The notes: generated by a model from the letters alone, not told the origin. 64,000 bases of DNA from an uncultured virus (IMG/VR IMGVR_UViG_3300036770_004547) (IMGVR_UViG_3300036770_004547), one strand, 5' to 3'. Positions 54,129-64,000 are shown, counted from the first letter of the stretch. Made by a program: numbers and translations.

Positions 54129-54767
54129 ATGGCAAGACTTCTTTTTCGTTACATCCCGAACATTGATGACCTGGATGCCGAGCAACTAGATCGTTTGAAC
54201 TACTACCGTGGCTTTCCTTGTGCTCACGGTCATCTCATTCGAGACTCAAAGAAACACTGGTGTTACCACTGCGCTCTCAAGATCCAGACCAACGTCTGTG
54301 GTTTTGACATCAACTACCTCCACCGCCACTACAAGGTCAGGTATGAGACCCTCTGGAGGAGCATTCCCCATGGTGGGTTTGATGAGTGCTGGGTGATGAA
54401 GGGGGACAAGGAACGGATCACCTTCCCGTCCTACCGGTCCCTGTACAGCGAGCGGTTCACTGAGTACGTCTACATCCACAAGCTGATCTATCAGTGCGCC
54501 TGGGGGGACGTAGGCAACGCGTGGGTCACCAGGACGTGCAAGAACCCTCGTTGCTTCAACCCTTTACACATGAAGTCAGCCTGGAACCAACCCAGCCCAC
54601 CTAAGGCAATCTCACCGTTCTCAACTAAGTTTCAATATGAAAAATTGATGTTGGCTGGTCGGCGTGAATTGGAAGATCTTCCCGCTGATGGACCAGTGGT
54701 GCCGCATTTCAAAATGCCAATAGCACATCCAAGGGATCAAGAGGAGGACAAAGAACTCGAGGAGTAA
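54129..54767 (+). CDS. Zn-binding His-Me-finger-like protein (possibly degenerate HNH)
   Basis: CAHGH..CYHC; DECW..HKLIY..VTRTCKNPRCFNPLHM. Confidence 0.6.
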   Translation: MARLLFRYIPNIDDLDAEQLDRLNYYRGFPCAHGHLIRDSKKHWCYHCALKIQTNVCGFDINYLHRHYKVRYETLWRSIPHGGFDECWVMKGDKERITFPSYRSLYSERFTEYVYIHKLIYQCAWGDVGNAWVTRTCKNPRCFNPLHMKSAWNQPSPPKAISPFSTKFQYEKLMLAGRRELEDLPADGPVVPHFKMPIAHPRDQEEDKELEE

Positions 54768-54791
54768 AATAGAAATAAAATAAATTGATAG

Positions 54792-55715
54792 ATGGCGAGA
54801 TACAGCACACAGACAGGAGTTTCCCAGGGACAACGCTCCGTAAATAACCCGTTGTTCCTTGGTACTTTTAGCGAAACTTCCTTGCGTTATCTGCAGGGAA
54901 CTCTTCAAGCAACTTATTTAGTTCAGAAAGATGGCTTTGGTGGCGGAGCCTACAACCATTGGTTCTCCGTTGAGATCACTAGCCCTGCTTGGATCATCCT
55001 TACAAAAGATGGTGATCGCTCTAAGTACGTTCAGATTTCTTGCTATGACTTAAACCTCATTCCGATTGAGGGTAGGTCAATCTTCCAGGCTGATAGCGCA
55101 AGGGGTGATTTTCTTTTTGACGAAGAGGATAGTGTTTACTATCCCTATGTTGGGCACGTCATGAGTGCTCAGTCTGATCTTTACAATTCTTTTAATCAGT
55201 ACTCCGTATTCAAGGGAGACGATAGGTACTACCCTCTGGGAACTGGCCGCTATCTCATCTGTGTTTCCAGTACTCGTAATGAACCGCTCAGTTACAATGT
55301 AGGACTTGCAATTGAGTTCCCTACAGACGATCTTTTTATTCTTCTTGAAGATCTCGATGGAAGTGAGCTTGCACTTGAAGACGGTATTGATACAGCCAAT
55401 ACAACGACAATTGGTCCAATTATTAGCGTAGATACCGTTGTAGATGGTGGATTTAACGCTTTTACAGAAGATTTAGCGCAAATCAACTCAGGGGTAACTG
55501 TTACCATTAACGAAACTTATACGTGGTTTATTGGAACTGTTGTGCCTCCAGCTCAAGAACCAACTGATCTTTTCTTACTGGATCCCAGCCCCACCTACGA
55601 CCCGCTTGATAGTCACGAACACTCACGCAGTGAATGGATTGACGCATGGAATAGGGAGCACCAACAGTCAGACCGATTTCCTGCTGTGTTTGAACCGTTG
55701 ATTACCAGGCCATAG
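54792..55715 (+). CDS. Putative virion structural protein
   Basis: Beta-rich and acidic; LLEDLDGSELALED motif. Confidence 0.5.
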   Translation: MARYSTQTGVSQGQRSVNNPLFLGTFSETSLRYLQGTLQATYLVQKDGFGGGAYNHWFSVEITSPAWIILTKDGDRSKYVQISCYDLNLIPIEGRSIFQADSARGDFLFDEEDSVYYPYVGHVMSAQSDLYNSFNQYSVFKGDDRYYPLGTGRYLICVSSTRNEPLSYNVGLAIEFPTDDLFILLEDLDGSELALEDGIDTANTTTIGPIISVDTVVDGGFNAFTEDLAQINSGVTVTINETYTWFIGTVVPPAQEPTDLFLLDPSPTYDPLDSHEHSRSEWIDAWNREHQQSDRFPAVFEPLITRP

Positions 55716-55739
55716 TAGCTATACTTTTAAAAAAGTACT

Positions 55740-56618
55740 ATGACCACACTAGTTGCTAACGTACCTCCAACAAAAATTTGGGTCCGAAAAGAATATTTAT
55801 ACGATCTGCAAAAAGGACATGGAGAATACACACCTGGTTATTGGGTGACATGTAAATCTCTTACTGGAAGAGCCTTACAGTTTGAGACTTACCTCACTGA
55901 ATATGGCGCTTTATATGACAAGCTTCCCATCAGTGCATTCTTGTCTTGGGATCCAGATCACCCGGACAAACCACAGGCTCCTACACCTGATCTTCCGTTA
56001 ACTGATCTTCAGTACTGGAATGGGTTTGATCATGGTTTAACTGTGATCGAAAAGAATCTCATCTTCAATATGCGTTTTGAGGTGCTAACACGAGAGCATG
56101 GTGTAATGCAGGGCACATACTTATTCACAATTGACAACTACCATCCACATCGTAACGAACCCGACTTTTATTTTTCGGAGTTTCCCGATGAACACAAATC
56201 GCACAACATTGTGGCTTTGGACAATGGCCAAATTGGGGCTTATCCTAACAATCGTTGCCGAATGGTTGACCCATCACTGACGTACCACAACCTAAAGACG
56301 CCTGACTTTAAGGTATCTACTAGGTACTTCGATGTCGAGTGTGTACCTAAATGGGGCAGGCTTGGTGAATCAGATGAATATTTCTGGAAAACGCCCAATG
56401 AAAAAGAAAAAGAGACAACGAAAGAAATTAGTAACAAAGAAGTTACCAAACAAGTATCTACTGAAGATGCGTCTGATTCCGTACTTGAGGGGATCTGCGG
56501 GGACGACATGGCTTGCCTCATTAGCCACTGGAAAGAGCACGCGCCAGATCAACGATTGGATGGAGAAGCGTGGGAGGAGAACATGCGTAAAGCGCTTGGG
56601 ACAAAATTTGACAGGTAA
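55740..56618 (+). CDS. Conserved hypothetical phage protein
   Basis: WVRKEYLYDL..GALYDKLPISAF..EHKSHN..YPNNR. Confidence 0.7.
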   Translation: MTTLVANVPPTKIWVRKEYLYDLQKGHGEYTPGYWVTCKSLTGRALQFETYLTEYGALYDKLPISAFLSWDPDHPDKPQAPTPDLPLTDLQYWNGFDHGLTVIEKNLIFNMRFEVLTREHGVMQGTYLFTIDNYHPHRNEPDFYFSEFPDEHKSHNIVALDNGQIGAYPNNRCRMVDPSLTYHNLKTPDFKVSTRYFDVECVPKWGRLGESDEYFWKTPNEKEKETTKEISNKEVTKQVSTEDASDSVLEGICGDDMACLISHWKEHAPDQRLDGEAWEENMRKALGTKFDR

Positions 56619-56841
56619 ATTAACTCTTCATTTTTATCGCACCGTAATTGATACATTACGTCAATGGTGTGAGGAGTTAGCACCAGGGGATATGATTGCT
56701 TTCAGGTGTGAAAGTGCTGATCCGGACAAACAGTATCGAGTGTGGGGTAAATGGCTGACTCGTAAAGATAGCCAGTACCAGTGGAAGGGCAATCCTGAAT
56801 TAAAGTGTTATACCTTCTATAAACAAAGATACGTAGAATAA
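56467..56841 (+). CDS. Hypothetical protein
   Basis: ORF track, start trimmed; overlaps upstream gene. Confidence 0.5.
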   Translation: MRLIPYLRGSAGTTWLASLATGKSTRQINDWMEKRGRRTCVKRLGQNLTGKLTLHFYRTVIDTLRQWCEELAPGDMIAFRCESADPDKQYRVWGKWLTRKDSQYQWKGNPELKCYTFYKQRYVE

Positions 56842-56862
56842 AAGAAGAGTTACCGAATACTC

Positions 56863-57027
56863 ATGGACAAACTTAATCATTACGTTGAGATTGCGCTGTC
56901 TATCCACGCAGCCGCATCTATTATCTGCGCCCTGACCCCCACCAAGAAAGACGACACCTTCCTTGGTTATGCCTATAAAGTACTTGAGTTTCTTGCCCTG
57001 AATATTGGTCGTGCTAAAGATCGCTGA
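56863..57027 (+). CDS. Holin-like small membrane protein (not in track)
   Basis: ASIICALTPTKKDDTFLGYAYKVLEFLALNIG; near the endolysin. Confidence 0.6.
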   Translation: MDKLNHYVEIALSIHAAASIICALTPTKKDDTFLGYAYKVLEFLALNIGRAKDR

Positions 57028-57186
57028 TTATTCAATAGGATTAAACCACATCACGACACCACCTTCGCGTTCAACCCATTCTCTTGTTGCGTACGCTTCT
57101 TCTTTTGGAAGTGTTGCGCATTTTTTTTCATCGCCTACGTGCCAACAGATATTCACCCGGATCTTTGGGTCTCTTTTTACTTTCAT
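57028..57186 (-). CDS. Hypothetical protein
   Basis: ATGA-coupled to the endolysin. Confidence 0.55.
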   Translation of the reverse strand: MKVKRDPKIRVNICWHVGDEKKCATLPKEEAYATREWVEREGGVVMWFNPIE

Positions 57187-58310
57187 TTGTTCACAAGAAT
57201 TGCCCAACCAGTGTTCGGCCCATCTACTTCCCAACGGCGCAACCAATTCTTGCGGCTGTAACGGATCCCATCACCAGCCTTTGTTTTATTGCTGACGTAC
57301 CCACCCTTTGTCATATCAGCTTCTCCGTACGGATCGTTGTGTACAAAGTGTGTGGGTGTAAAGCCACGAATTACAGACCAATGCCCACCACCAGATGGTT
57401 TTGCAGCAGTGCCGTAATGCAGCCAACCACAAGCAATTGGTCTGCCATTACGAATTTCATTCTCAATAATTGCAGCATTGCCATTGGTAATGAACTTTGC
57501 ATTGAGTCCCAGGTGCCTCAGTGCTTTTAACTGCGCCATGGAATCAGTTGTGTCACCAAAGTTTTTACGAATTTTGTTGTATTCATCATCTGATTCAACC
57601 TTGTTATAGAAAGCTGCAATCATTGCACAACTAGAGGAGAAACATTCCCTGGAACCAGTGCCTGACTGATTGTCTAGTTGATAAAAATATGGAACAGTAA
57701 GAATCTTTTCACTGATGACATCAGGACCAGCAGGTGGTTTACCTACTTCACGGTCCATGATTTGAATGAGTTTTGTTGCGTAGTCTGGATCAGTGGCGTA
57801 GCGTTCTGCTACAAGAAGATTTGCGCACTCGTTGCGACTGGATGCGCGATTGACACCCTTGAAATTGCTGTAGTCCTTGTACCAGCGATCAACTAAGTAC
57901 TGAATACAGGAAGCAAGATCAGGAAAATCAAGAAAATCTGCGTTGATTTCGATCCATTTGTCATTGATGAATTCTTTGGTGCCAGCCGAACTTCCCTTAC
58001 CTTTTAGTCCAAAGTAATTGTTCTTGCCTGAAGTGTGTTTACCGTACCCGCTCTCAAGTGCCCATTGAGCAGCAACAACTTCTGGGAATTTTGCACCACC
58101 TTTCTTTGCATATTTCAATACACCATCCCAAGTATTGGTAACAGGCTTGTTATCAATTGGTTGTTGAATTGCAAGTTCTGGATTTCTGTACAGACGTGCA
58201 AACTCTTCCTTTTGTTCTGCGGTAAGAACTGAATTCAACCAACGAAATGCCCTGACCTGGTGATCAAGACCATTGAAATACGTTGCAGCATCTACTAAAT
58301 TTATTGTCAT
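57183..58310 (-). CDS. Endolysin: GH73 glucosaminidase + C39-like peptidase
   Basis: AQWALESGYG..NNYFGLK..YATDPDY; VPYFYQLDN..C..GHW..NDPYG. Confidence 0.85.
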   Translation of the reverse strand: MTINLVDAATYFNGLDHQVRAFRWLNSVLTAEQKEEFARLYRNPELAIQQPIDNKPVTNTWDGVLKYAKKGGAKFPEVVAAQWALESGYGKHTSGKNNYFGLKGKGSSAGTKEFINDKWIEINADFLDFPDLASCIQYLVDRWYKDYSNFKGVNRASSRNECANLLVAERYATDPDYATKLIQIMDREVGKPPAGPDVISEKILTVPYFYQLDNQSGTGSRECFSSSCAMIAAFYNKVESDDEYNKIRKNFGDTTDSMAQLKALRHLGLNAKFITNGNAAIIENEIRNGRPIACGWLHYGTAAKPSGGGHWSVIRGFTPTHFVHNDPYGEADMTKGGYVSNKTKAGDGIRYSRKNWLRRWEVDGPNTGWAILVNK

Positions 58311-58351
58311 TTTCTTATAAGTATCTTCATTACTACTATAAAATGACCAAT

Positions 58352-58377
58352 AAAAAATGCGGCCGTATTGACCGCAC
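58352..58377 (-). terminator. Intrinsic terminator
   Basis: GTGCGGTC-aatac-GGCCGCAT followed by TTTTT on the minus strand. Confidence 0.7.
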
Positions 58378-58395
58378 TCCTTATGTAGGGTTTAT

Positions 58396-58701
58396 TCAGG
58401 CCCAGGGAACACCTGCTGCTTTCGTTGGATGCTGCTGTTCATTAATTTGAGATTGCAAAGCTGCTTCAATTTCAGCAACTTTTTCAGGACCAAATTTTTC
58501 TTTGACCCAATTCACGACCTGTTCTTCCGTTAATTGACTGTACGGGATGAGGTTATCGGGACGCTCAAAGCCCAAAGATCCATACGCACCACTGGTATAA
58601 ACACCGTTACTAGCATTGACGGTATAGTGTGCCGTGAAAACAAAACCATCGTCAGTTTCTCGCTCAAGCTGAGCAATCTTCCACTCAAAAGTCGTAGCCA
58701 T
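58396..58701 (-). CDS. Tail-fibre-associated small protein
   Basis: WKIAQLER..IPYSQLTEEQVVNWVK..GVPW. Confidence 0.7.
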   Translation of the reverse strand: MATTFEWKIAQLERETDDGFVFTAHYTVNASNGVYTSGAYGSLGFERPDNLIPYSQLTEEQVVNWVKEKFGPEKVAEIEAALQSQINEQQHPTKAAGVPWA

Positions 58702-58771
58702 AAATCAAAAAGATTTTTTATAAGTATAGCGTAATTGAAGACGGTTACACTACTCGCCCAGAAAGATGCTG

Positions 58772-58939
58772 TCAAGCCGAGATGCGTTTAAATTCTTCCA
58801 TGAACTCTTTTCCCATTAACTGTTCCAGCTCACCAGGCTTGATGTTGTTGATGATTTTCATACATTCTTTAAAACGCATGTCGTTCTCATCTTCATCATC
58901 AAGTGGTTCTCCTTGCCAGGTAATTTGATTATCGTGCAT
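58772..58939 (-). CDS. Small hypothetical protein (not in track)
   Basis: MHDNQITWQGEPLDD..FKRISA. Confidence 0.45.
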   Translation of the reverse strand: MHDNQITWQGEPLDDEDENDMRFKECMKIINNIKPGELEQLMGKEFMEEFKRISA

Positions 58940-58941
58940 AA

Positions 58942-59124
58942 CTAAAAACAGGCAAGCATCTTTTGAATACGCTCCACTTGATACTCATACTCTTCCATAG
59001 CTTCCACATCATTGATGCTGCGAGTAGTGGCGTAATTACTGAGATCAAGGCGAAGCTTGTCAGTGTCGCTCCAAAGGCGGTCCATCACGAACTGTTTGAT
59101 CAACCGTTTGTTTTCAGCGTTCAT
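58942..59124 (-). CDS. Hypothetical protein
   Basis: ORF track. Confidence 0.55.
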   Translation of the reverse strand: MNAENKRLIKQFVMDRLWSDTDKLRLDLSNYATTRSINDVEAMEEYEYQVERIQKMLACF

Positions 59125-59142
59125 GGTAATTAGGGAAGGTGA

Positions 59143-59373
59143 CTAAGGGATTTTGCGGAAGTCATCAAGCTCGGCGTACAGAACCGCAGCGGCGTTCTCC
59201 CAATACTGATGATCATTCAACCAGGCGGCTATTTCTTGAATTGCGGCCACGGCTTCCTCTGTCCATTCTGGCGTGTTTTCGTCTTCTACTTCAGCGCTGC
59301 CAATAACCCAGCGCACGCGCTCGACTAAGTGGCTATCTGTGGTTGGTCGGTTTGGGTTGGTGTAGCTGACCAT
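59143..59373 (-). CDS. Hypothetical protein
   Basis: LVERV..AAIQEIAAWL. Confidence 0.6.
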   Translation of the reverse strand: MVSYTNPNRPTTDSHLVERVRWVIGSAEVEDENTPEWTEEAVAAIQEIAAWLNDHQYWENAAAVLYAELDDFRKIP

Positions 59374-59414
59374 TTTGGTTACATCAACAAAAAGGTTTTA
59401 GTGGGAATGGTTAA

Positions 59415-59618
59415 TCAGTTTGGCCAGGCTTCATCAGCTACGGACCAGAGGTGATCTACAAACTTCTGGAGTTCCTCTCTGTTCTTGAAATCTTGCTGGT
59501 AATACGCGTCATCATCGTTCGACAAAAAGACCCTGCCGTTTTTTACCCAAGCGGTGTGTTGGCAGTTTCCCCCATCTGGATCGAAATCGGGGTCGGGGTC
59601 GTAAGCTTCAAAGGTCAT
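59415..59618 (-). CDS. Hypothetical protein
   Basis: ORF track, start trimmed. Confidence 0.55.
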   Translation of the reverse strand: MTFEAYDPDPDFDPDGGNCQHTAWVKNGRVFLSNDDDAYYQQDFKNREELQKFVDHLWSVADEAWPN

Positions 59619-59755
59619 GGTTTCTAAGGAACTGTGGCCAGGGGCAGGGTGTTGACGCACCGCTGCCCTAACACACTACCACACAGCGTCAAGCCCAACC
59701 ATCCGGGATTTCCAGGTAGTTGAGCCATGCCTCGATGTGAGTAGGGTTACTGGGT

Positions 59756-62122
59756 CTAGCAAGCCATCAACACGCAAGGCACGCAGTAGCTGCCATCGTC
59801 GTAGGTGCAGGTGACGTGGGTTGATGTCACCTTGGCCACGGTCTTGCTGCGGATGATGTCATCGTCCTGGGGTTTGGCGGTGCCATCACCAGCGGACATC
59901 AACAGGTCGCCACGTTGTACGGTGACGCCTTGGGCAATGCGGATGATCATGTCGCCAGTCATCGCACAGAAGAAGTCCAGCGGACCATCATCGGAAAATG
60001 ACGTGGAGACAAACACGCCAGCCACGTTCGGGTCGCCTTCAACGTCGCTTACCTTGGTTTTGTTGAGCTGTTCGTTATCTTCATCACCCCACTCGCACAT
60101 CTCGTCCAAGTTGGACATAAGTGTGCCCTTGAGGATGCTTGACGGGTCTTCGTCATTTGGGAGTTGAGACCAACGGGCAAGGTGGCCGCCTCCGTAGGTG
60201 ACAGTGGTGCCGGAAACTGAGATGCTTCCTTCGAGTGTTCCAGCTTGGAAGAAATCAATTAAGCCTCCATCATTTGTGAGCCGGTTAATTGAGAGAGGTA
60301 CTCCAGAGGCGCGTGAAATGTTAATGTATTCTTTTATACGCACACCAGCAGTGTCTAGGTCTGAGACAGTTTTGGCAATTAATACTTCACCATCACTCGT
60401 AATCCTCATCCGCTCCGTCGGGCTGCTCGCTCCGTCGGCGGTAGTGGCGAACACTAATCTGCCCGGCATGTCGTTAGCGCCGGGGGTGCCGTCTACAGCA
60501 GCTTTAATAGTGGCCAGCTCAACAAATTCCGTTCCATCATTTCCTTGCCAAACAATGCCACCAATAACATTGTCGCTGGCAACCAGAGTATTGCTATTAA
60601 CGGATGCCCCATTGCTGCGATTGATAAGAAAGTTGCCGGCATTATTATTGCAAGTAATAGAAATACTACTTTCGCTAAACGTGTCTCCTTCTACTTGAAG
60701 CCAAGCAGATCCCGTGCCGTTGTAGTAATTAGCACGCGCAGTAGACGTGCCAACTAACAGGCGTCCCGAGCTGTCGATGCGGGCGCGTTCGGTTGATGAT
60801 GCAGAATTAAAAATTATGTTTCCGGAGTTTGCTTGAAGCGTTACATTGCCATTGCCGCTGTCATTGGCCAGCGCAAGGTCGCTGTTTGATGTTGTCAAAT
60901 ACCCCACATAAGCGCCTACTGCTCCATCAGATGGCCTCGCTAATTTAAGTCTGCTTGCAACGGAGGCAGTGCCAACGACTGCATCGCCCCTAACGTCCAA
61001 AAGCACAGTTGCATTAGGACTCGTAGTGCCAATCCCTACGTTGCCTCCCGAAGTAATGCGCAGCCTCTCGGTACCGCCGCCAGAAGATCCAGTACGTAAA
61101 ACAAGTGCAGATGCTGCACCGCTCGAAGGATTTTCTCTGATCGCTTCAATGCTGGAAGTAATTGTTGAATTACTGTCTGTGGCCCAAGCAATGGCGCCAA
61201 GACCTGTGTTTGCAGATAGAGTACCACCGCTTGAAGAATTTGTAATATATACAGCAGGCTGATAAGCTGTTCCATAAGTACCCGTTGTATAAATTTCTAA
61301 TTTGGCTCCAGGGCTACTAGTCCCCAGACCTAATCGGCCACTGGAGTCCAGGCGCATCCGCTCGGTTGGTGATGCTGATCCATCAGGTGTCGTACTAAAG
61401 ACAATCCTGCCTGGCATGTCATCGGCACCAGGAGTGCCGTCTACGAATGCAACAATATTGGCAGCTTGGACAAGCTCAGTGCCATCAGAACCTAGAAAAG
61501 AAAATCCGCCAAGACTATCATTGTTTTGAACGACGGTGTTTCCGCCGACCGACGCTGATCGGGTTTTGCCGAACAATAACAAAGAAGAGTTGTCATCCGC
61601 TGAATTTCTGGTGAAAGATACTCTTGAATTATTGTTGCTAGTTCCTTCTATTTGAAAAACTGTTTCTTGCCCTGTTGTATTAAAGAAATTACCACGCGCA
61701 GTAGACGTTCCGACGAGTACCCGACCACTAGCATCAACAAACAGCCTGCCCGACCCATTAGTTGAGATGGCTACTTCATTTGCCGCAGATGAATATATAC
61801 CAGTATCTACATCCCCTATAAAACTAATTGAAGGATTTGCTGCCGTACCAGATGCAAATACTCCAGAGGTAACAGTTTGCGTCCCTCCGCTAATAGTTGT
61901 GAATGTGCCAGAAACAGCGGTTAAATTACCAAACTGACCAACTGCACCAGTTACCGTTGCACCGGAAACCGTTGTACCACCACGAATAACATCACCGGAA
62001 ATTGTTCCAGTGACAGTTAGGTTTCCAGAAGTAGATGCAACAATTCCTGAAACTGTAATAGTCTGATCAACTCCACCATTGGTGAAGATAATGTTATCGA
62101 CTTTTAAAGTACCGTACGCCAT
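59756..62122 (-). CDS. Tail fibre protein with repeated modules and a C-terminal chaperone-like domain
   Basis: Repeated ERMRIDSSGR.L.GT units; DGTPGA.DMPGR.VF twice; C-terminal GHLARWSQL..VPCVLMAC. Confidence 0.85.
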   Translation of the reverse strand: MAYGTLKVDNIIFTNGGVDQTITVSGIVASTSGNLTVTGTISGDVIRGGTTVSGATVTGAVGQFGNLTAVSGTFTTISGGTQTVTSGVFASGTAANPSISFIGDVDTGIYSSAANEVAISTNGSGRLFVDASGRVLVGTSTARGNFFNTTGQETVFQIEGTSNNNSRVSFTRNSADDNSSLLLFGKTRSASVGGNTVVQNNDSLGGFSFLGSDGTELVQAANIVAFVDGTPGADDMPGRIVFSTTPDGSASPTERMRLDSSGRLGLGTSSPGAKLEIYTTGTYGTAYQPAVYITNSSSGGTLSANTGLGAIAWATDSNSTITSSIEAIRENPSSGAASALVLRTGSSGGGTERLRITSGGNVGIGTTSPNATVLLDVRGDAVVGTASVASRLKLARPSDGAVGAYVGYLTTSNSDLALANDSGNGNVTLQANSGNIIFNSASSTERARIDSSGRLLVGTSTARANYYNGTGSAWLQVEGDTFSESSISITCNNNAGNFLINRSNGASVNSNTLVASDNVIGGIVWQGNDGTEFVELATIKAAVDGTPGANDMPGRLVFATTADGASSPTERMRITSDGEVLIAKTVSDLDTAGVRIKEYINISRASGVPLSINRLTNDGGLIDFFQAGTLEGSISVSGTTVTYGGGHLARWSQLPNDEDPSSILKGTLMSNLDEMCEWGDEDNEQLNKTKVSDVEGDPNVAGVFVSTSFSDDGPLDFFCAMTGDMIIRIAQGVTVQRGDLLMSAGDGTAKPQDDDIIRSKTVAKVTSTHVTCTYDDGSYCVPCVLMAC

Positions 62123-62159
62123 AATCTTTGTTACTTTTTCTTTATTTTAACCGAAACAA

Positions 62160-63938
62160 TTAAGGCAGAATTGTAATTGTTCCTCGGATAATTAAACCTG
62201 CATCACCAGAGATAACACCGGAAGAAATGAGAGCTGGTGTTGATCCAGATGGTGCGGTAAACACGCCTGACACACCGGTTAAATTTGTAAACTGACCAAT
62301 GTTTCCTGTAACCGTAGCACCTGAAACACTAGTAGTTCCAACAACGGTTACACCCGTAATATCTGTTGCCCTAACTGCAGAACCTGTAATTGTTTGCCCT
62401 GAGACGGTTCCGGTAACATTAATTCCAGAACTAAAGTAACCAGAACCAAGAACTGTTAAGTCACCACTGATTGTGGCACTGGTAAAAGTTTGGTTAGTTG
62501 CATTTAAAAACTCAAAATTACCAGATGTTGCATTAACAATGTTTCCTGTAATTGTGGCACCGGAAATTTGTGCAGTAAATACACCGCTTACACCAGTAAT
62601 TGTTGTTGCTTGAACTGTGTTACCAGTTATTGTTTGTCCAGATATCTGAGAGGTGAATACACCTGAGACACCCGTAAGCGTCGTGAACTGCCCGATATCA
62701 CCGGTGACAGATGCTCCTGATACTTGGGTTGTAAAGACTCCTGATTGGAAATTAGCTGTGGTTCCTGTAACCGTTGTTCCAGTGACGGTTGTGAATCCTG
62801 CGGTGTTTCCTGTAAGGGTTCCAAATTGTCCTGCATTGCCAGTAACAGTTGCTCCACTTAATTGAACAAAGTTTCCAGACGTGAAGTTTGCAGTTGTACC
62901 AGTGGCAGTAACTCCACTCAATGTGCCACTGACATTGACTCCAGACGTAAAGAAACCGGAGCCAAGAACAGATAGATTTCCTGAGACAGTTAGATTATTT
63001 TGAACTGTGTGGCCACTGGTAACCAAGGTACCAAACGTGCCTGTTGTTGCATTAACCGTATTACCAGTAATGGTGGCACCAGAGAGCTGAGTTGTGAAAA
63101 CACCAGAAATTCCGGTAATTGTCGAAGCCTTTAACGTGTTACCCGTGATCGTTGCTCCGGAGATTTGATCAGTAAAGACACCAGAAACTCCGGTGATACT
63201 GGTAAATAAAGCTGTATCTCCGGTAACGGTTGCACCTGAAATGCGATCAGTGAAGACGCCGCTAACACCAGTAATGTTTGTAAATTTACCCGTGTTTCCC
63301 GTAATTACTGCACCCGACAATTGTGAAGTAAAAACCCCAGACGCGCCTGTGACAGTTGTAAAATTGGCTGTATTTCCTGTGACAGCAGCGCCAGAAATTT
63401 GACCAGTGAATACGCCTGACTGGAAATTAGCAGTTACCCCAGTAATCGTTGAACCTGTCAGGGTACCTGTTACAGTGACACCAGAGGAAAAGAAAGCATT
63501 ACCTAATTCCCTAAACGTGCCGCTAACCGTTAAATCACCTTGAGTAGTATGACCACTGGCCGTAAGATTTTGAAAAGTTGCGTTTGTAGCGTTGACGGTT
63601 GTACCAGTAATCGTTGTGCCGCTAAGGGTACCAGTGACATTCAAGCTGTTTTGAATGAAAACACCGCTGAAGTTAGCGACTCCAGTCGATGTAATGGCAT
63701 TAAAAGTTGCTTGGCCTGTAACCGTAAATGTACTGTTGATCAACAGAGGACCGGTCATGGTCCCACCGCTGAGAGTTAAATATTTTGTGTTAAGGTAATT
63801 GCTAAATTCGTTTAAGGTAATCTTCTTATTTTTTAACGTCGGGTCAACTTCGAAGACGCGAACAAGTGTCAGCAGATCTTGCTCTGCCAAGATTGCGCCT
63901 TGAATTGAAGGCAGTTCAGTAATCCTTCTATTGGCCAC
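62160..63938 (-). CDS. Tail fibre/spike protein with ~26-aa T/G-rich repeats
   Basis: MANRRITELP..; repeats of TGVSGVFTxQISGATITGN. Confidence 0.8.
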   Translation of the reverse strand: MANRRITELPSIQGAILAEQDLLTLVRVFEVDPTLKNKKITLNEFSNYLNTKYLTLSGGTMTGPLLINSTFTVTGQATFNAITSTGVANFSGVFIQNSLNVTGTLSGTTITGTTVNATNATFQNLTASGHTTQGDLTVSGTFRELGNAFFSSGVTVTGTLTGSTITGVTANFQSGVFTGQISGAAVTGNTANFTTVTGASGVFTSQLSGAVITGNTGKFTNITGVSGVFTDRISGATVTGDTALFTSITGVSGVFTDQISGATITGNTLKASTITGISGVFTTQLSGATITGNTVNATTGTFGTLVTSGHTVQNNLTVSGNLSVLGSGFFTSGVNVSGTLSGVTATGTTANFTSGNFVQLSGATVTGNAGQFGTLTGNTAGFTTVTGTTVTGTTANFQSGVFTTQVSGASVTGDIGQFTTLTGVSGVFTSQISGQTITGNTVQATTITGVSGVFTAQISGATITGNIVNATSGNFEFLNATNQTFTSATISGDLTVLGSGYFSSGINVTGTVSGQTITGSAVRATDITGVTVVGTTSVSGATVTGNIGQFTNLTGVSGVFTAPSGSTPALISSGVISGDAGLIIRGTITILP

Positions 63939-64000
63939 CTATATCAAAAACAAAGCCTATGTAATTGATTATAGGTGGCCCTAGTTCGAAAGATCTTATT

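Noticed and set aside
1..64000. Prophage or integration module; alternative genetic code
   Set aside because: No integrase, repressor or host flanks. Known genes translate full-length in the standard code with all three stop codons in use.

Overview
A 64-kb segment of a tailed dsDNA phage genome, most likely a lytic freshwater picocyanobacterial (Synechococcus/Cyanobium-type) phage; the host is inferred from gene content and cyanobacterial-type DnaA/NtcA/Pho-like motifs. Layout: (i) 1-14.5 kb, minus-strand packaging/virion module with a portal (missed by the ORF track), terminase, a tandem micro-gene paralog array and several Gly/Ala/Gln-rich internal-virion-like proteins; (ii) 14.6-37.9 kb, plus-strand early/replication region with many small ORFs, tRNA-Leu(UAA), two HNH nucleases, family A DNA polymerase, SSB, SWIM and Gp157 proteins; (iii) 37.9-57 kb, mixed accessory block with Dps, a phosphoesterase, a large ncRNA locus, a Gmd/ColD/glycosyltransferase cluster, an exonuclease, a PrimPol-D5 primase/helicase and SpeD; (iv) 57-64 kb, minus-strand lysis and tail-fibre genes. 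No capsid gene, RNA polymerase, integrase or CRISPR array is visible. The most striking unexplained signal is non-coding. The early region is punctuated by at least five families of repeated structured RNA elements, notably eight copies of a 25-27-nt H-type pseudoknot with clear compensatory changes and three T-loop mini-tRNA modules. A separate ~540-nt, promoter-led, highly paired RNA ends in an anticodon-less tRNA mimic. All calls were made by eye and no database searches were run.
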